64,000 nucleotides of DNA from Mobula birostris (GCF_030028105.1 NC_092370.1:171254647-171318646), one strand, 5' to 3'. Positions 37,936 to 50,899 are shown, counted from the first letter of the stretch. The notes: generated by a model from the sequence alone, not told the origin. A program made the numbers and translations.

Positions 37936-39438
37936 TTCTAAGGGACTGGATATGATTATTTGGGTAGACAGGGACTGATGAGGGATAATCAGCATGGCTT
38001 TGTACATAATAGGTCGTATCTAACTAATTTTATACAGCTTTTTAAGGAAGTTACCAGGAAAGTTGATGATGGTAATTCAGTTGATGTTGTCTACATGGAC
38101 TTCAGCAAAGCATTTGACAAGATTCCACAGGGGAAGTTGGTCAAGAGGGTTCAGTCACTTGGTATTCAAGATGAGGTAGTAAATTAGATTAGACATTGGC
38201 TTTGAAGAGAAGCCAGAGTATTAGTAGATGGATGCCTCTGTGACTGGTGAAGTGCCGCAGAGATCGCTGCTGGGCCCATTATTGTTTGTCATCTCTATCA
38301 ATAAATGGATGATAATGTGATTGATTGGATCAGCAAGTTTGATGACACCAGGATTGGGGATGTAGTGGACAGCGAGGAAGATCATCAAAGCTTGCAGTGG
38401 GATCTGGATCAGTTGGAAAAATGGGAGATGGAATTTAATGCAGACAAGTGTGAAGTGGTGCACTGCGGGAGGACTAACCAAGATAGGTTTTACACAGTGA
38501 GAAGTAGAACAAAAGGATCTGTGAATACAGGTCCGTAATTCATTGAAAGTGGCATCACAGGTCGATAGGGTTGTTAAGAAAGCTTTTGGCACTTTGGCCT
38601 TCATAAATCAAAGTACTGAGTACAGAAGTTGGGATGTTATATTGAAGTTGTACAAGACATTGGTGAGTCCTAATCTGGCGTATTGTGTGTAGTTTTGGTC
38701 ACCTACCTACAGGAAAGATGTAAATAAGATTGAAAGAGGACAGAGAAAATTTACAAGGATGTTGCCAGGACTATAGGACTTGAGTTATAAGGAAAGATTG
38801 AATACATTAGGACTTTATTCCAGAGAATATAAAAGATTGAGGGAGAATTTGATAGAGGTATACAACACTGTGAGAGGTATAGATAGGGTAAATGCAAGCA
38901 GTGTTTTTCCACTGAGGTTGGGTGAGGCTCCAACTAGAAGCCATGGGTTAATGGTGAAACGTGAAATGTTTAATGGGAAAGTGAAGGGAAACTTCTTCAC
39001 TCAGAAGTTAGTGAGAGTGTGGAACAAGCTGCCAGTGCAAGTGGTGGAAGCAATTTCAAGTTTAAGAGAAGTTTGAATAGGTATGTGGATGGGAGGGTTA
39101 TGGAGGGCTGTGGTCCAGGGACAGATTGATGGAAAGTCAGCATAATAATCCGAAATGGACAAGATGGGCCAAAGGGCTTGCTTCTGTGCATTATTGTGGT
39201 ATATGATCCAACAGTAGCATTCAGTTGATATTAGGAATGGATGATGACTTCCTTTTGCTAGCTATTCCATATCCCACAGCAATTCATGGGATATTTGCAA
39301 AATTATATTTAAAAACTTCACCTGGAGTTTTGTACATTTTAAAAAAATAAAATTAATTCCTATAAAACATGCACTATTTAATAACTAAAAGACTCAGTGA
39401 CTCAGGTTAAAATCCAGGAAACCACATTCGTAAGACTA

Positions 39439-39444
39439 TTTATT
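39439..39444 (-). terminator. Candidate polyadenylation signal of ACOT gene B
   Basis: AATAAA on the minus strand ~550 nt after the stop; alternative ATTAAA at 39787-39792. Confidence 0.35.
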
Positions 39445-39992
39445 AAGAAATGGGTTCTCCAGTAATGAACAACGGAAGAGTTCAGAATTAGTTGTCAAAA
39501 TAATTTTTTTGTTGTTTTTCTCTTTTGGGTTAATAGTATGGCGTGTGAAGGTCAAATGCTGTCTAAGATGTGAAAGTGCCCTTGTCCTACCATTAATTAG
39601 ATACCAGCATTCTAGAAGTACTGATGTAATCTAACCTGATCAATAATAGCTGGTATTTCTTCACCTGTTTGCTTTAAAACGGGCCTTTACCAACAGCAGT
39701 CCACCTCTTAAGTTCCCGTGTTCTCAATAATGAATCTTAATTGAACAGAAGCAAAAAAGCAAACCAAAAATATTCATGCAGAAAACTTTAATTACATAAT
39801 GAAATTGACAGGAAAATATTACATCATAGATATGGGAAAGGTAAGAAAAATGTTACTGGTTCCAAAGTGGTAAAGTTTTAAAATCATTCTCCACAAAGTA
39901 CATGCACATACAAATGGAATCAAATACATAATATTAAAAAAATGATTTATGAAATAATCCAATCCATTTCATGAATCAGGTATTAGATATTT

Positions 39993-40586
39993 TCACAATT
40001 GGCTTTGTTGTTTTTCAAGATGTTTTCTTAGAAACATTTGTATCTTTGGCCAAAGGTCTATCTGGGCTAATGAATGCTCTTTCATTTCTCCTCCCCATAA
40101 CACAGGAAGCCCTGCCAACTGATGAAAAGAAGCATAACAGAATGGAAAATAGCAGGGCTCCAGTAAGTGTCCTGCCTTTGGGTAAGTAAGAATTTCATAG
40201 TTTTCTTTTCCATTTTCCTTCAGTCGTTCGATAGCTTGCTGAGCAAAGAGTGAAGTGTTCCAATTCTTGTCATCCTCTCCAACCACAAACAAAAAATGAC
40301 CTTCAGCCTTTTCTAATGGGATGATACAATCTTTATTTTCTTCATCCCTTGGGTTATTTGTTGTTTCAGAGATATCAATAATATTTGATTCCAGAAACCT
40401 AGCTCGGTCCAATGAAATACCCAGGCCTGGAAGAGTGATGTTTCTGTAATGCAAGTTACCTAAAGTGTTAGCATTGCATCCGCCAATACTGATAGCTGCT
40501 CTCACATGTGGTATAAACGTAGTCATTGAAAGAACCAAGTCTCCTCCCTTTGATATTCCTATTGCTCCAACTCCAGGACCTGTTAC
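39993..40586 (-). CDS. Acyl-CoA thioesterase gene B, exon 3 (catalytic domain, C-terminal SQL)
   Basis: ttttaag|GTA; GISKG, GEDDKNW, KAGHLLEP; ends FLRKHLEKQQSQL then TGA. Confidence 0.93.
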   Translation of the reverse strand, partial: VTGPGVGAIGISKGGDLVLSMTTFIPHVRAAISIGGCNANTLGNLHYRNITLPGLGISLDRARFLESNIIDISETTNNPRDEENKDCIIPLEKAEGHFLFVVGEDDKNWNTSLFAQQAIERLKENGKENYEILTYPKAGHLLEPCYFPFCYASFHQLAGLPVLWGGEMKEHSLAQIDLWPKIQMFLRKHLEKQQSQL

Positions 40587-40688
40587 CTTAAAACAGTAAT
40601 TTAAGCATGTTAACAGCATCAACTTTATTATCTATACTTCTAGTAAATTATGCTAGAACAACCTTTGGGTGGAACCACTTGTACCATA

Positions 40689-43126
40689 CAGTGGCATGCA
40701 AATGTTTGGGCACCCCTGGTCAAAATTTCTGTTACTGTGAATAGTTAAGTGAGTAGAAGATCTCCAAAAGTCATAAAGTTAAAGATGAAACATTCTTTTC
40801 AACACTTTAAGCAAGATTAGCGTATTATTTTTGTTTTGTACAGTTTTAGAGTGAAAAAAGGAAAAGGGCACCATGCAAAAGTTTGGACACCCCAAGAGAT
40901 TTGAGCTCTCAGATAACTTTTTACAAGGTCTCAGACTTTAATTAGATTGTTAGGGCTATGGCTTGTTCACAGTCATCATCAGGAAAGGCCAGGTGATGCA
41001 AATTTCAAAGCTTTATAAATACCCTGACTCCTCAAACCTTGTCCCAACAATCAGCAGCTATGGGCTCCTCTAAGCAGCTGCCTAGCACTCTGAAAATTAA
41101 AATAAATGATGCCCACAAAGCAGGAGAAGGCTATAAGAAGATAGTCAAGTGTTTTCAGGTAGCTGTTTCCTCAGTTCGTAATGTAATTAAGAAATGGCAG
41201 TTAACAGTAATAGTGGAGGTCAAGTTGAGGTCTGGAAGACCAACAAAACTTTATGGGAGAACTGCTCGTAGGATTGCTAGAGAGGCAAATCAAAACCCCC
41301 ATTTGACTGCAAAAGACCTTCAGGAAGATTTAGCAGACTCTGGAGTGGTGGTGCACGGTTCTACTGTGTGGCAACACCTGCACAAATATGACCTTCATGG
41401 AAGAGTCATCAGAAGAAAACCTTTCCTGCGTCCTCACCACAGAATTCAGCATCAGAAGTTTGCAAAGGAACATCTAAGCAAGCCTGATACATTTTGGAAA
41501 CAAGTCCTATGGACTGATGAAGTTAAAATAGAACCTTTTGGCCGCAATGAGTAAAGGTATGTTTGGAGAAAAAAAGGTGCAGAATTTCATGAAAAGAACA
41601 CCTCCACAACTGTTAAGCATGGGGGTGGATCGATCAAGCTTTGGGCTTGTGTTGTAGCCAGTGGCACGGGGAATATTTCACTGGTAGAGGGAAGAATGAA
41701 TTCAATTAAATACCAGCAAATTCTGGAAGCAAACATCACACCATCTGTGAAAAAAGCTGAAGATGAAAAGAGGATGGCTTCTACAACAGGATAATGATCC
41801 TAAACATATATCTAAGTTTAAAATAAGGGCCCATATATCTAAGGATAAATTAGCCTCATATAAATCCTGTATGTGATATAAGTCACTCTGAGATAGCTTC
41901 TTTAACTCATATGTTTTGGTTATGTCCTTTCTTGAAAAAATATTGGAAAGATATCTTTGATATTATTTCAACTGTTTTAAGTATTGATTTACAACCTCAC
42001 CCTATTATGGCAATTTTTGGGTTACCAATGATAGAACCAATTCATCTAATCCTTTCAGCTCGTCGGATGATTGCATTTGTTACATTAATGGCTTGAAGAT
42101 CCATTTTGCTGAATTGGAAAGAGATTAATCTTCCCACCACAATTCATTGGTTCTCTCAAACTATGTTGTGTTTAAACTTAGAAAAAACTAGAAGTGTCTT
42201 TATGATCTCTCTATTAAACTTGAAAAGACTTGGAGGCTATTTATTCAACACTTCCATATGATGTAATTTGACCTTTTCCAAACCTATTCTATTACTTTCA
42301 AATATATGGAGAGAGGAGCGGAGTTAATGACACTAATGGTTCTATCTGATGTAATGTAACAGCCCATGTCTTTTTCTTTTTTCTTTTCTTTAGTTTAGTT
42401 GATTAGTATTGTTTAGTTTGTTTGGGGGGGGTATTTTGTTTTTTTTTCTTTTTCTATGCTACTTCTACATTTTTTTTTATCTTATTCGTATTTTGTAAGA
42501 TTTTGGGAGGTTAATATCCGTGTGTTAACTGACCTTATATTTTTATATGCTAATTATTAATAATGTAATCCCAATTGTTTTGTATTAATATTATGTTATG
42601 GTTAACATTTTGATATCAATAAAAAGATTAGAAAAGAAAGATCCTAAACACACTTCAAAATCCACATGGCAAGCTGAAGGTTTTGCCATGGCCCTCACAG
42701 TCCCCTGACCTAAACATCATCAAAAATCTGTGGATAGACCTCAAAAGAGCAGTGAATGCAAGACGGCCCAAGAATCTCACAGAACTAGAAGCCTTTTGCA
42801 AGGAGGAATGGGCAGAAATCCCCCAAACAAGAATCGAAAGACTCTTAGCTGGCTACAGAAAGCATTTACAAGCTGCGATACTTGCCGAAGGGGGTGTTAC
42901 TAAGTAATGACCATGCAGGGTGCCCAAACTTTTGCTTCAGGCCCTTTTCCTTTTTTATTTTGAAACTGTAAAAGATGGAAATAAAAAAGTAATCTGTTTA
43001 AAATATTAAAGAAATGTTTCATCTTTAACTTTATGACTTTTGGAGATCAGTTCATCTTCTACTCACTTAACTAATTGTAGTAACAGAAATTTTGACCAGG
43101 GGTTCCCAAACTTTTGCATGCCACTG
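40689..43126 (+). mobile_element. Tc1 (IR/DR type) transposon in ACOT-B intron 2, interrupted by L1
   Basis: TA|CAGTGGCATGCAAA...TTTGCATGCCACTG|TA; inner direct repeats at ~40871 and ~42918; WTDEVKIE, QQDNDPKH, WPSQSPDLNII. Confidence 0.95.
41807..42639 (+). mobile_element. 5'-truncated L1/Tx1-type LINE nested in the Tc1
   Basis: 11 bp TSD gatcctaaaca (41796-41806 and 42640-42650); Cys/His C-terminal motif THMFWLCP..YW; aataaa plus A-rich tail. Confidence 0.85.
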
Positions 43127-43397
43127 TACCTCGTCTCGCCCTGCCACTTGTAAAAACTCCATTCCCTTCTCTCAATTCCTCTGTCTCCAACACATCTGCT
43201 CTCAGGATGAGGCTTTTCATTCTAGAACGAAGGAGATGTCATCCTTTTTCAAAGAAAGAGGCTTCCTTTCCTCCAACATCAATACTGCCCTCAACCGTAT
43301 CTCTTCCATTTCATGCATGTCCACTCTTATCCCATCCTCCTGCCACCCTACCAGGGATAGGATTCCTCTTGTCCTCATCTATCACCCCACCAGCCTC
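43127..43397 (+). mobile_element. Penelope-like fragment
   Basis: CKNSIPFSQFLCLQHICSQDEAF..MSSFFKERGF..IPLVLIYHP. Confidence 0.8.
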
Positions 43398-43402
43398 TAG
43401 AG

Positions 43403-43609
43403 CAGGGGTCCCCAACCTTTTGCGCACCGCGGACTGGTTTAATATTGACAATATTCTTGTGGATTGGCCGATGGGGGCGGGGGGGGTGGGGTGGGGTGTT
43501 CAAGTTCAACAGTGCGTGACAGGGAATGAGGAAAGGTGCAGCTGACTCATATCGTTTGATATCGCCAAATCATATGGTTTCTGTGCGGCCCAGTGGTTGG
43601 GGACCACTG
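43403..43609. mobile_element. hAT MITE (same family as 60049-60795, opposite orientation, no nested insert)
   Basis: TIR caggggtccccaacc/ggttggggaccactg; imperfect TSD ctctagag/ccctagac. Confidence 0.8.
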
Positions 43610-44332
43610 CCCTAGACCAATCAGAGTACCAGCAACAAATCACATTTTCCTGGGTGGTTGTGCATACCAGGTGTCCCTGGAACAATAGCTTGGAATTATT
43701 CATCTAGGATCCCAATCTTTGCAAGATAGGTTTCAGATTGTGAAAATGATGTAAAAATGCATAAGGCGGGCAATTTTCTAATTAAAGAAAGGAAATATCC
43801 CATCCAATATGGAATTTTGGTATCCCCTTCTATTGTTCCCTCTATTCTTTCATCCTTCCCTGTTCCTTTAACTCAACTCTCCTCAAAAATTGTCCAAAAT
43901 GAACAGTATTCATGAGATAGCTCAAACGTTCAGCCTTAAGTTTGAACACCTAATCGAACTCTTAGGAGGCAGCAGGGAAATTACATGCCCAGGAGTACTT
44001 CTTCCCAGTTTTCAACATCAGTAATAGTTTGCTGAAATGTGTATTTCCATCTCAGGAAAGGAGCAGAGGAGTTCCTGCTAGTTGGTTCAATTGCTGTCCA
44101 GTTATAACAAGCACTGATATCTGAGTATTTCATTCCCTGCATTCAACATCGATATTCCCGAGCTCTTTGTGAATTGGCTATTTTACCTTCCCCAGGATCT
44201 TTCTTGACATCACAAGATGGCAAGAAAAATATGCAAATTAATTGCATTCTTTTGCATTGAACAAATTGTCCTTCCCTTTTTCAAAGAATCATATTCAAAA
44301 TTATTTTCTAAATGGAACATGAAGCATCTTAC

Positions 44333-44535
44333 CTTTGAATGCTGCCTCAAGAAGTTCACAGCTTCTTCAAAGTATTCAAGATCAAGGTTGAGAAAGTGGT
44401 TTGGAAGGTCATCGAATCCAAAATATCCTAAAGCCAGCGTCAGAAATCCATGGCTTGCCAAGAGACTAGCTCTGTGTTCAACCACCCCACCGACTGACCC
44501 ATACATGTCAATAACCCCTGGAAATGGACCATTGC
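44333..44535 (-). CDS. Acyl-CoA thioesterase gene B, exon 2 (203 bp)
   Basis: ttgacag|GC...AAG|gtaaga; [46 protein letters not shown]. Confidence 0.93.
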
Positions 44536-44909
44536 CTGTCAAATTCAAAGATTACAGTGATTCACCATGGAAATTTACAATGTAATTAAGACTCTGTACA
44601 TCATGGATTACGCACGAAACATTGAATAGGTATAAATGGGGCTTACTTAGGATAGCTAGCGGTGACAAGTGAGAAACTACAGATATCAGTATTTAGGTCC
44701 TAGCTATTCACAAAAGATATAATTTTGGCACTGGAACTAGAATCAGGGTCATAGAATAATACAGCATGGAAATGGGCCTTTAGCCCAACTGGTCCACCTG
44801 CCCAAGATTCCCATTTAAGCTTGTCCCCTTTGCCCACATTCCTTTAAACCTGATCTATCCATGTGCCTGTCCTAGTACTTTCTAAATGTTGTTCATATAC
44901 CTGCCTCAT

Positions 44910-45447
44910 CATTGAGAAGAGATAAGAGGCAGAAGTGGGGAATAGAAGAGGGAAAGGGGAAGGAAAAAGAAAAAAATTACTGGAAGGAGAAATTGATGTT
45001 CATGCCATCAGGTTGGATAGAGATTACCTAGATGGAATACCAGATTTTGCTCCTTCACCCTGAGAGTGGCCTTATCGTGACAAAAGAGGCGGCCATGGAC
45101 TGACAGTTTGGAATAGGAGTGCCCCTTCTCCTCACCTGCCTATCCCCTCCCCCGGTGCCCCTTCTTCTTTCTCCCATGGTTCACTCCCCTATCCTATCAT
45201 ATTCCTCCTTTACCTTTCCTACCTACCTGACTTCACTTATCATCTTCTAGCTTGTCCTCCTTTACCTCCCCCCACCCACCACTTTTTATTCTGGTGTCTT
45301 CCCTCTTCCTCTTCAGTCCTGATGAAGGGTCTCAGCCCAAAACATTGACTGTTTATTCATTTCCATAGATGCTGCCTGACCTGCTGAGTTCCTCCAGCAT
45401 TCTGTGTTGCTCTGGATTTCCAGCTTTTGCAGAACCCCTTGTGTTTA
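44910..45447. mobile_element. Back-to-back PLE 3' fragments; decayed hammerhead at 45314-45351 (+)
   Basis: Minus-strand GIY-YIG end (44985-45120), then plus-strand tail cagtcCTGATGAagggtctcagcccAAAAcattgactg. Confidence 0.7.
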
Positions 45448-45902
45448 TGATTTGGTACTCCAAAGGCTTGCTAGAGCATGGGAAGAGGAGGTGAAAGAAA
45501 TAAGAAAGCCTAAAGAGAATGGTAAGATTGATTCTGTTTGGTAGGTGTAAATTCTATCCCAGTCTGGAATGAAGAAGAGGGGGATTACAAGTGGAGGGAG
45601 TAAAACCAAAGATTCCCCGCTCAATTATGCACTCCTAAGGAAAGGAGAAGAGAACAGCCGCAGGAAACCCAAGGTAGATGAAAAATTAGAATTGTGGGAA
45701 ACAAGGTCATTTTGCTAGGGCATTTAGGACACTCCAACAGCTACCACAGGGACTCGGACCAGGATGTCCCACAATTGCATCTGGTCAGCCTTTCAGGATG
45801 GCCTCAATATGTCAAGAGCGCTGGAGGGAGTAGTCAAAACGTGTAACTTCCTCAATTTTTAATTTAATGGGAATTGGAAGGTGCCAGAGTTTTCGTTGAT
45901 TT

Positions 45903-48094
45903 ATAGACAATAGATGAAGGAGTAGGCCATTCGGCCCTTCGAGCCAGCACTGCCATTCACTGTGATCATGGCTGATCATCCACAATCAGTATCCAGTTCC
46001 TGCCTTATCCCCATAACCTTTGATTCCGCCATCTTTAAGAGCTCTATCCATCTCTTTTTTGAAAGCATCCAGAGACTTGGCCTCCACAGACTTCTGGGGC
46101 AGAGCATTCCATATATCCACCACTCTCTGGGTGAAAAAGTTTTCCCTCAACTCCATTGTAAATGGCCTACCCCTAATTCTTAAACTGTGGCCTCTGGTTC
46201 TGGACTCACCCCTCAGCGGGAACATGCTTCCTGCCTCCAGCGTGTCCAATCCCTTAATAATCTTATGTTTCAATAAGATCCCCTCTCAGCCTTCTAAATT
46301 CCAGAGTATACAAGCCTAGTCGCTCCAATCTTTCGACATATGACAGTCCCGCCATCCCGGGAATTAACCTTGTGAACCTACGCTGCACTCCCTCAATAGC
46401 AAGAATGTCCTTCCTCAAATTTGGAGACGAAAACTGCACACAGTACTCCAGGTGTGGTCTCACCAGGGCCCTGTACAGTTGCAGAAGGACCTCTTTGCTC
46501 TTATACTCAATTCCCCTTGTTATGAAGGCCAGCATGCCATTAGCTTTCTTCACTGCCTGCTGTACTTGCATGCTTGCTTTCAGTGACTGATGTACAAGAA
46601 CACCTAGATCTCATTGTGCTTCCACTTTTCCTAACTTGACTCCATTTAGGTAATAATCTGCCTTCCCGTTCTTACCACCAAAGTGGATAACCTCACATTT
46701 ATCCACATTAAACTGCATCTGCCCACTCACCCAGCCTGTCCAAGTCACCCTGCATTCTCATAACATCCTCCTCACATTTCACACTGCCACCCAGCTTTGT
46801 GTCATCGGCAAATTTGCTAATGTCACTTTTAATTCCCTCATCTAAATCATTAATATATATTGTAAACAGCTGCGGTCCCAGCACTGAACCCTGCAGTACC
46901 CCACTGGTCACCGCCTGCCATTCTGAAAGGGACCTGTTAATCGCTACTCTTTGCTTTCTGTCAGCCAGCCAATTTTCAATCCATGTCAGTACTCTGCCCC
47001 CAATACCACGTGCCCTAATTTTGCCCACTAATGTCCTATGTGGGACTTTATCAAAGGCTTTCTGAAAGTCCAGGTACACTACATCCACTGGCTCTCCCTT
47101 GTCCATTTTCATAGTTACATCCTCAAAAAATTCCAGAAGATTAGTCAAGCACAATGTTCCCTTCATAAATCCATGTGGACTTGGACCAATCCTGTTACTA
47201 CTATCTAGATGTGTCGTAATTTCATCTTTTATAATTGACTCCAGCATCTTTCCCACCACCGACGTCAGGCTAACTGGTCTATAATTCCGTTTTCTCTCTT
47301 CCTCCCTTCTTGAAGAGAGGGACAACATTAGCCACCCTCCAATCCACAGGAACTGATCCTGAATCTATAGAACATTGGAAAATGATTACCAATCCATCCA
47401 TGATTTCTAAAGCCACCTCCTTAAGTACCCTGGGATGCAGACCATCAGGTCCCGGGGACTTAACAGCCTTCAGACCCAACAGCCTATCCAACACCATTTC
47501 CTGCCTAATATAAATTTCCTTCAATTCATCCATTACCCTAGGTCCTTTGGCCACTATTACATCTGGGAAATTGTTTGTGTCTTCCCTAGTGAAGACAGAT
47601 CCAAAGTACCTGTTCAACTCGTCTGCCATTTCCTTGTTCCCCATAATAAATTCATCTGCTTCTGTCTTCAAGGGCCCAATTTTGGTCTTAACTATTTTTT
47701 TCATTTTCACATACCTAAAGAAGCTTTTACTATCCTCCTTTATATTCTTGGCTAGTTTACCTTCGTACCTCATTTTTTTCTCCGTGTATTGCCCTTTTAG
47801 TTACCTTCTGTTGCTCTTTAAAAGTTTCCCTATCCTCCGGCTTCCCACTTGTCTTTGCTATGTTGTACTTCTTCTCTTTTATTTTTATATTGTCCATTAC
47901 TTCCCTTGTCAGTCACGGCCTCCCCTTACTCCCCTTAGGATCTTTCTTCCTCTTTGGAACGAACTGATCCTGCACCTTCCACATTATTCCAGAAACATTT
48001 GCCATTGCTGTTCCACTGTCATCCCTGCTAGGGTATTGTTCCATTGAACTTTGGCCAGCTCCTCCCCCATAGCACCATAGTTCCCTTTGTTCAA
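45903..48094 (-). mobile_element. CR1 LINE, 5'-truncated, relatively well preserved ORF2
   Basis: KSPGPDGLHPRVLKE, NYRPVSLTSVVGKMLE, YLDFQKAFDKVPH, QGSVLGP, KFADDTK, ALVRPHLEYCVQF; only a few frameshifts. Confidence 0.95.
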
Positions 48095-49069
48095 TCCCCT
48101 TTGGGGATATTAATTTTTTTGTTTCTGCATGATCATTTCTTCTGGCATTCTTTTGCACTGAAGCTTCAAGGATCGAGAAGGATTTCCTTGAGACATCCAT
48201 CCCAGCTAAAGAAGTTATACCTACACCTAATGTAGAGGGTACTGGGACAGGGAAAAGGTGGCATGAGGGAAAGGCCAGGCCAACACTATAAAGTTGCAAG
48301 GGGAGGGGCATGATTAATAATTCAGCGAGTCTGGATGTATATGGTATGATAGCATCTTCCTCCACACAGTTGAGAAAGGCAAAGCCCATAGGGACAAATG
48401 CCAGCTGATGGACAGAACTGTAATGTGTCCACCTATGGAAGGAAATAAACAGTTGATATTTCAGGCTGAAAACTTTCACTGGTCCTGATAATGGGTATCA
48501 GCCCACTTGTGTGTGTTGCTCAAGATTTCCAGCATTAGCATAATCTCTTGTGTCATAAATCCATACCATTTTCCTGAATGAATATTCACGGGTGGTTTCT
48601 CGATAGATACCGACTTAAATTTGCATGATAGAAGCCTAATGCATCAGTACAGTCACATACGGGGGGGGGGGGTTAATACTACATAGTAACCTTTACTTAA
48701 GCACAGGGTATACGGTCTAGATGTTTAAATGGACCGAAGGCTATGCTGACATAAAGGTGAATTATATCACTGATGAGTGGCTTTTTTTTTTGCAGAGTAG
48801 CAACCTTTGAGATAGGTGAGGTAGTCAGCATTCTTTAGCAGTTTAATGGCTGCCCAGGTTTATGTTCAGATTGTAGAGCTGTATTTTACCTCCCTCTTGA
48901 ATAACAGGTATATTTCTGAATCCAGGAATGCATAACAGTTCTGAGACATTATCAAACTAATCACACCTTTTGTTGGAAAGCTAGGAAACTCCTTATTGAT
49001 ACCAAAGGCAGCCCATAGCCCATGAATGTTCTATGGCTTCTGAAGACTGGGAAATTAGCTCAGAAATTG

Positions 49070-49890
49070 GTAAATTGGTTTATTATTGTCACACATACCA
49101 AGGTAGATTGGAAAACTTTGTTTTGCATATTTCCATAGAGATCGAGGGATCAGATCAGTACATTGAGGTAGTATGAAAGAAAATAACAAAATGCAAGATG
49201 AAGCGTTACCATTACAGAGAAAGTGCAGTGCAGGTAGCCAATAAGGTGCAAGGTCATACAAGGTAGACTGTGAGGTCAAGAGTCAATAAAAATGTTATTG
49301 TGCTATGGAACCATTAAGTCTTATAACAGTGGGGTAGCTGTTGTCTTTGAGCCTGGGGGTATGTGCTTTCAGGCTTTTGTATCTTTTCCCCAATGGGAGT
49401 GGGAAGAAGGGAGAATGTCCAGATTGTATGGAGTCTTTGATTATGTTGGCTGCCTTATCGAGACAGTGAGAAGTGTCTTATGTACCGAGTCCATAGGGTA
49501 GAGGCTGGTTTCTGTGATGTGCTGAGAGGTGACAACTCTCTGCGGTTTCTGGTAGTCTTGAGCAGAGCACTTGCCGTACAGAGCTGTGATGCATCCCGAT
49601 AGGATGCGTTCTGTTGTGCAGTGATAAAGGATTAAGGATCAAAGGGAATATGTTACACTTCTTTAGTCTCTTCTGAGGAAGTAGGAGTGCTGGTGTACTT
49701 TCTTAGCCAAGGCATCTACGTGGTTCGACCAGGACAGGCTATTGGTGACAATCACTTCTATGAACTTGAAAGTTTCAACCTTCTTGACATCAGAGCCATT
49801 GGTGTAAGCAGGAGCAATTGCACCCTCCACCTTCCTGTAGCATATCACCAGCTCTTTTGTTGACATTGAGGGAAATGTTGTTGTCATGAC
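49070..49890 (-). mobile_element. Rex/Babar LINE 3' fragment
   Basis: TKELVICYRK..KVETFKF..NSLSWSNHVDALAKK; caataataaacc tail. Confidence 0.65.
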
Positions 49891-50351
49891 ACCAGGTTCT
49901 TTATGTTTGAAAAACATTGCCTTTATGGTGCTCTTGAGAACTTTAGCACTGATCACCTTATTGCAATGCTTTGCTGATGTTAAGACTTGGGGGCAAGGTT
50001 GAATACAGGTGGATTATGCAGTGATCAGTTTAGCAGTCATCAGTGCCGTTGCAATTTGGCTGATGTAAATGTCTTTGCAACCCCTCGTCCAGACAATGAC
50101 ACAATCTAATAGATGCCAACGCTTGGACAAAGGGGAGGGGTTGCATATTATCTTCGTGCACCAGGAATTGTACAAGGAGGGCTTAGAGGGTTAAGATGGA
50201 TTCAGAGCTAAGGAGCCTGCATCTGTGTTGTATTGCTTCATGACTCTATGTTCTTGATTTAATATGTCACAACCAAGCTCCAAGCCCTTTTTATCCCCCA
50301 AAAGGAAAACTCTGTTGGGGTTAGTCACCCTTAAAACCTACTTGCGAATTT

Positions 50352-50895
50352 ACAAATACTGGAGGAACTCAGCAGGTCAGGCAGCATCTATGGAGCGGAA
50401 TAAACAGTCTCAGTTTCGGGCTAAGAGCCTTCATCAGGACTGGAAAGGAAGGGGAAGAAGCCACAATAAGGTGGGTAGAGGTGAAGGAGTACCGCTCAGG
50501 TGAGTGCATGGTCAGAACAGCAGCAGAGATCACAAAGGGGAGAAGTGAGCATCTGCAGAATCTTGTGTTTATGATTTGCTGCTCCACTGCAAAGTCTCTT
50601 CGAGAAACGCCTACTCTAAAGAAGTTTAAATCTTCTCTTCAATGGGAGTTCAGTGAAACCCTCTCACTGTTCTCCCCCTTTGATTTCTGCTGCTTTCCAA
50701 CTCTTCTACCACATGCTCACCCAGACTCTACGCCTTTCCCTCCCCCCACCTTATTCTGACTTCTTCCCCTTTACTTTTCAGTCCTGATGAAGGCCCTCAG
50801 CCCTAAACCTCGTTTGTTTATTCATTTCCATTGATGCTGCCTGGCCTTCTGAGTTCCTCCAGCACTTTTCTCTGGATTTTCAGTATCTGCAGAAC
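50352..50895. repeat. Inverted pair of PLE hammerhead tails (50352-50480 minus; 50738-50895 plus)
   Basis: Arms are reverse complements; hammerhead motifs at 50405-50442 (-) and 50779-50816 (+). Confidence 0.75.
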
Positions 50896-50899
50896 TGTG

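Larger units (their letters stand above)
32870..39200 (+). mobile_element. Near full-length decayed CR1 LINE with several nested insertions
   Basis: ORF1 Zn finger VECFICGMWE and esterase-like IGDLLVR; ORF2 GDFNF, NYRLVNLTSVV.KLLE, QHGF, VYMDFSKAFDK, FFTQKLVRVWNKLP. Confidence 0.85.
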
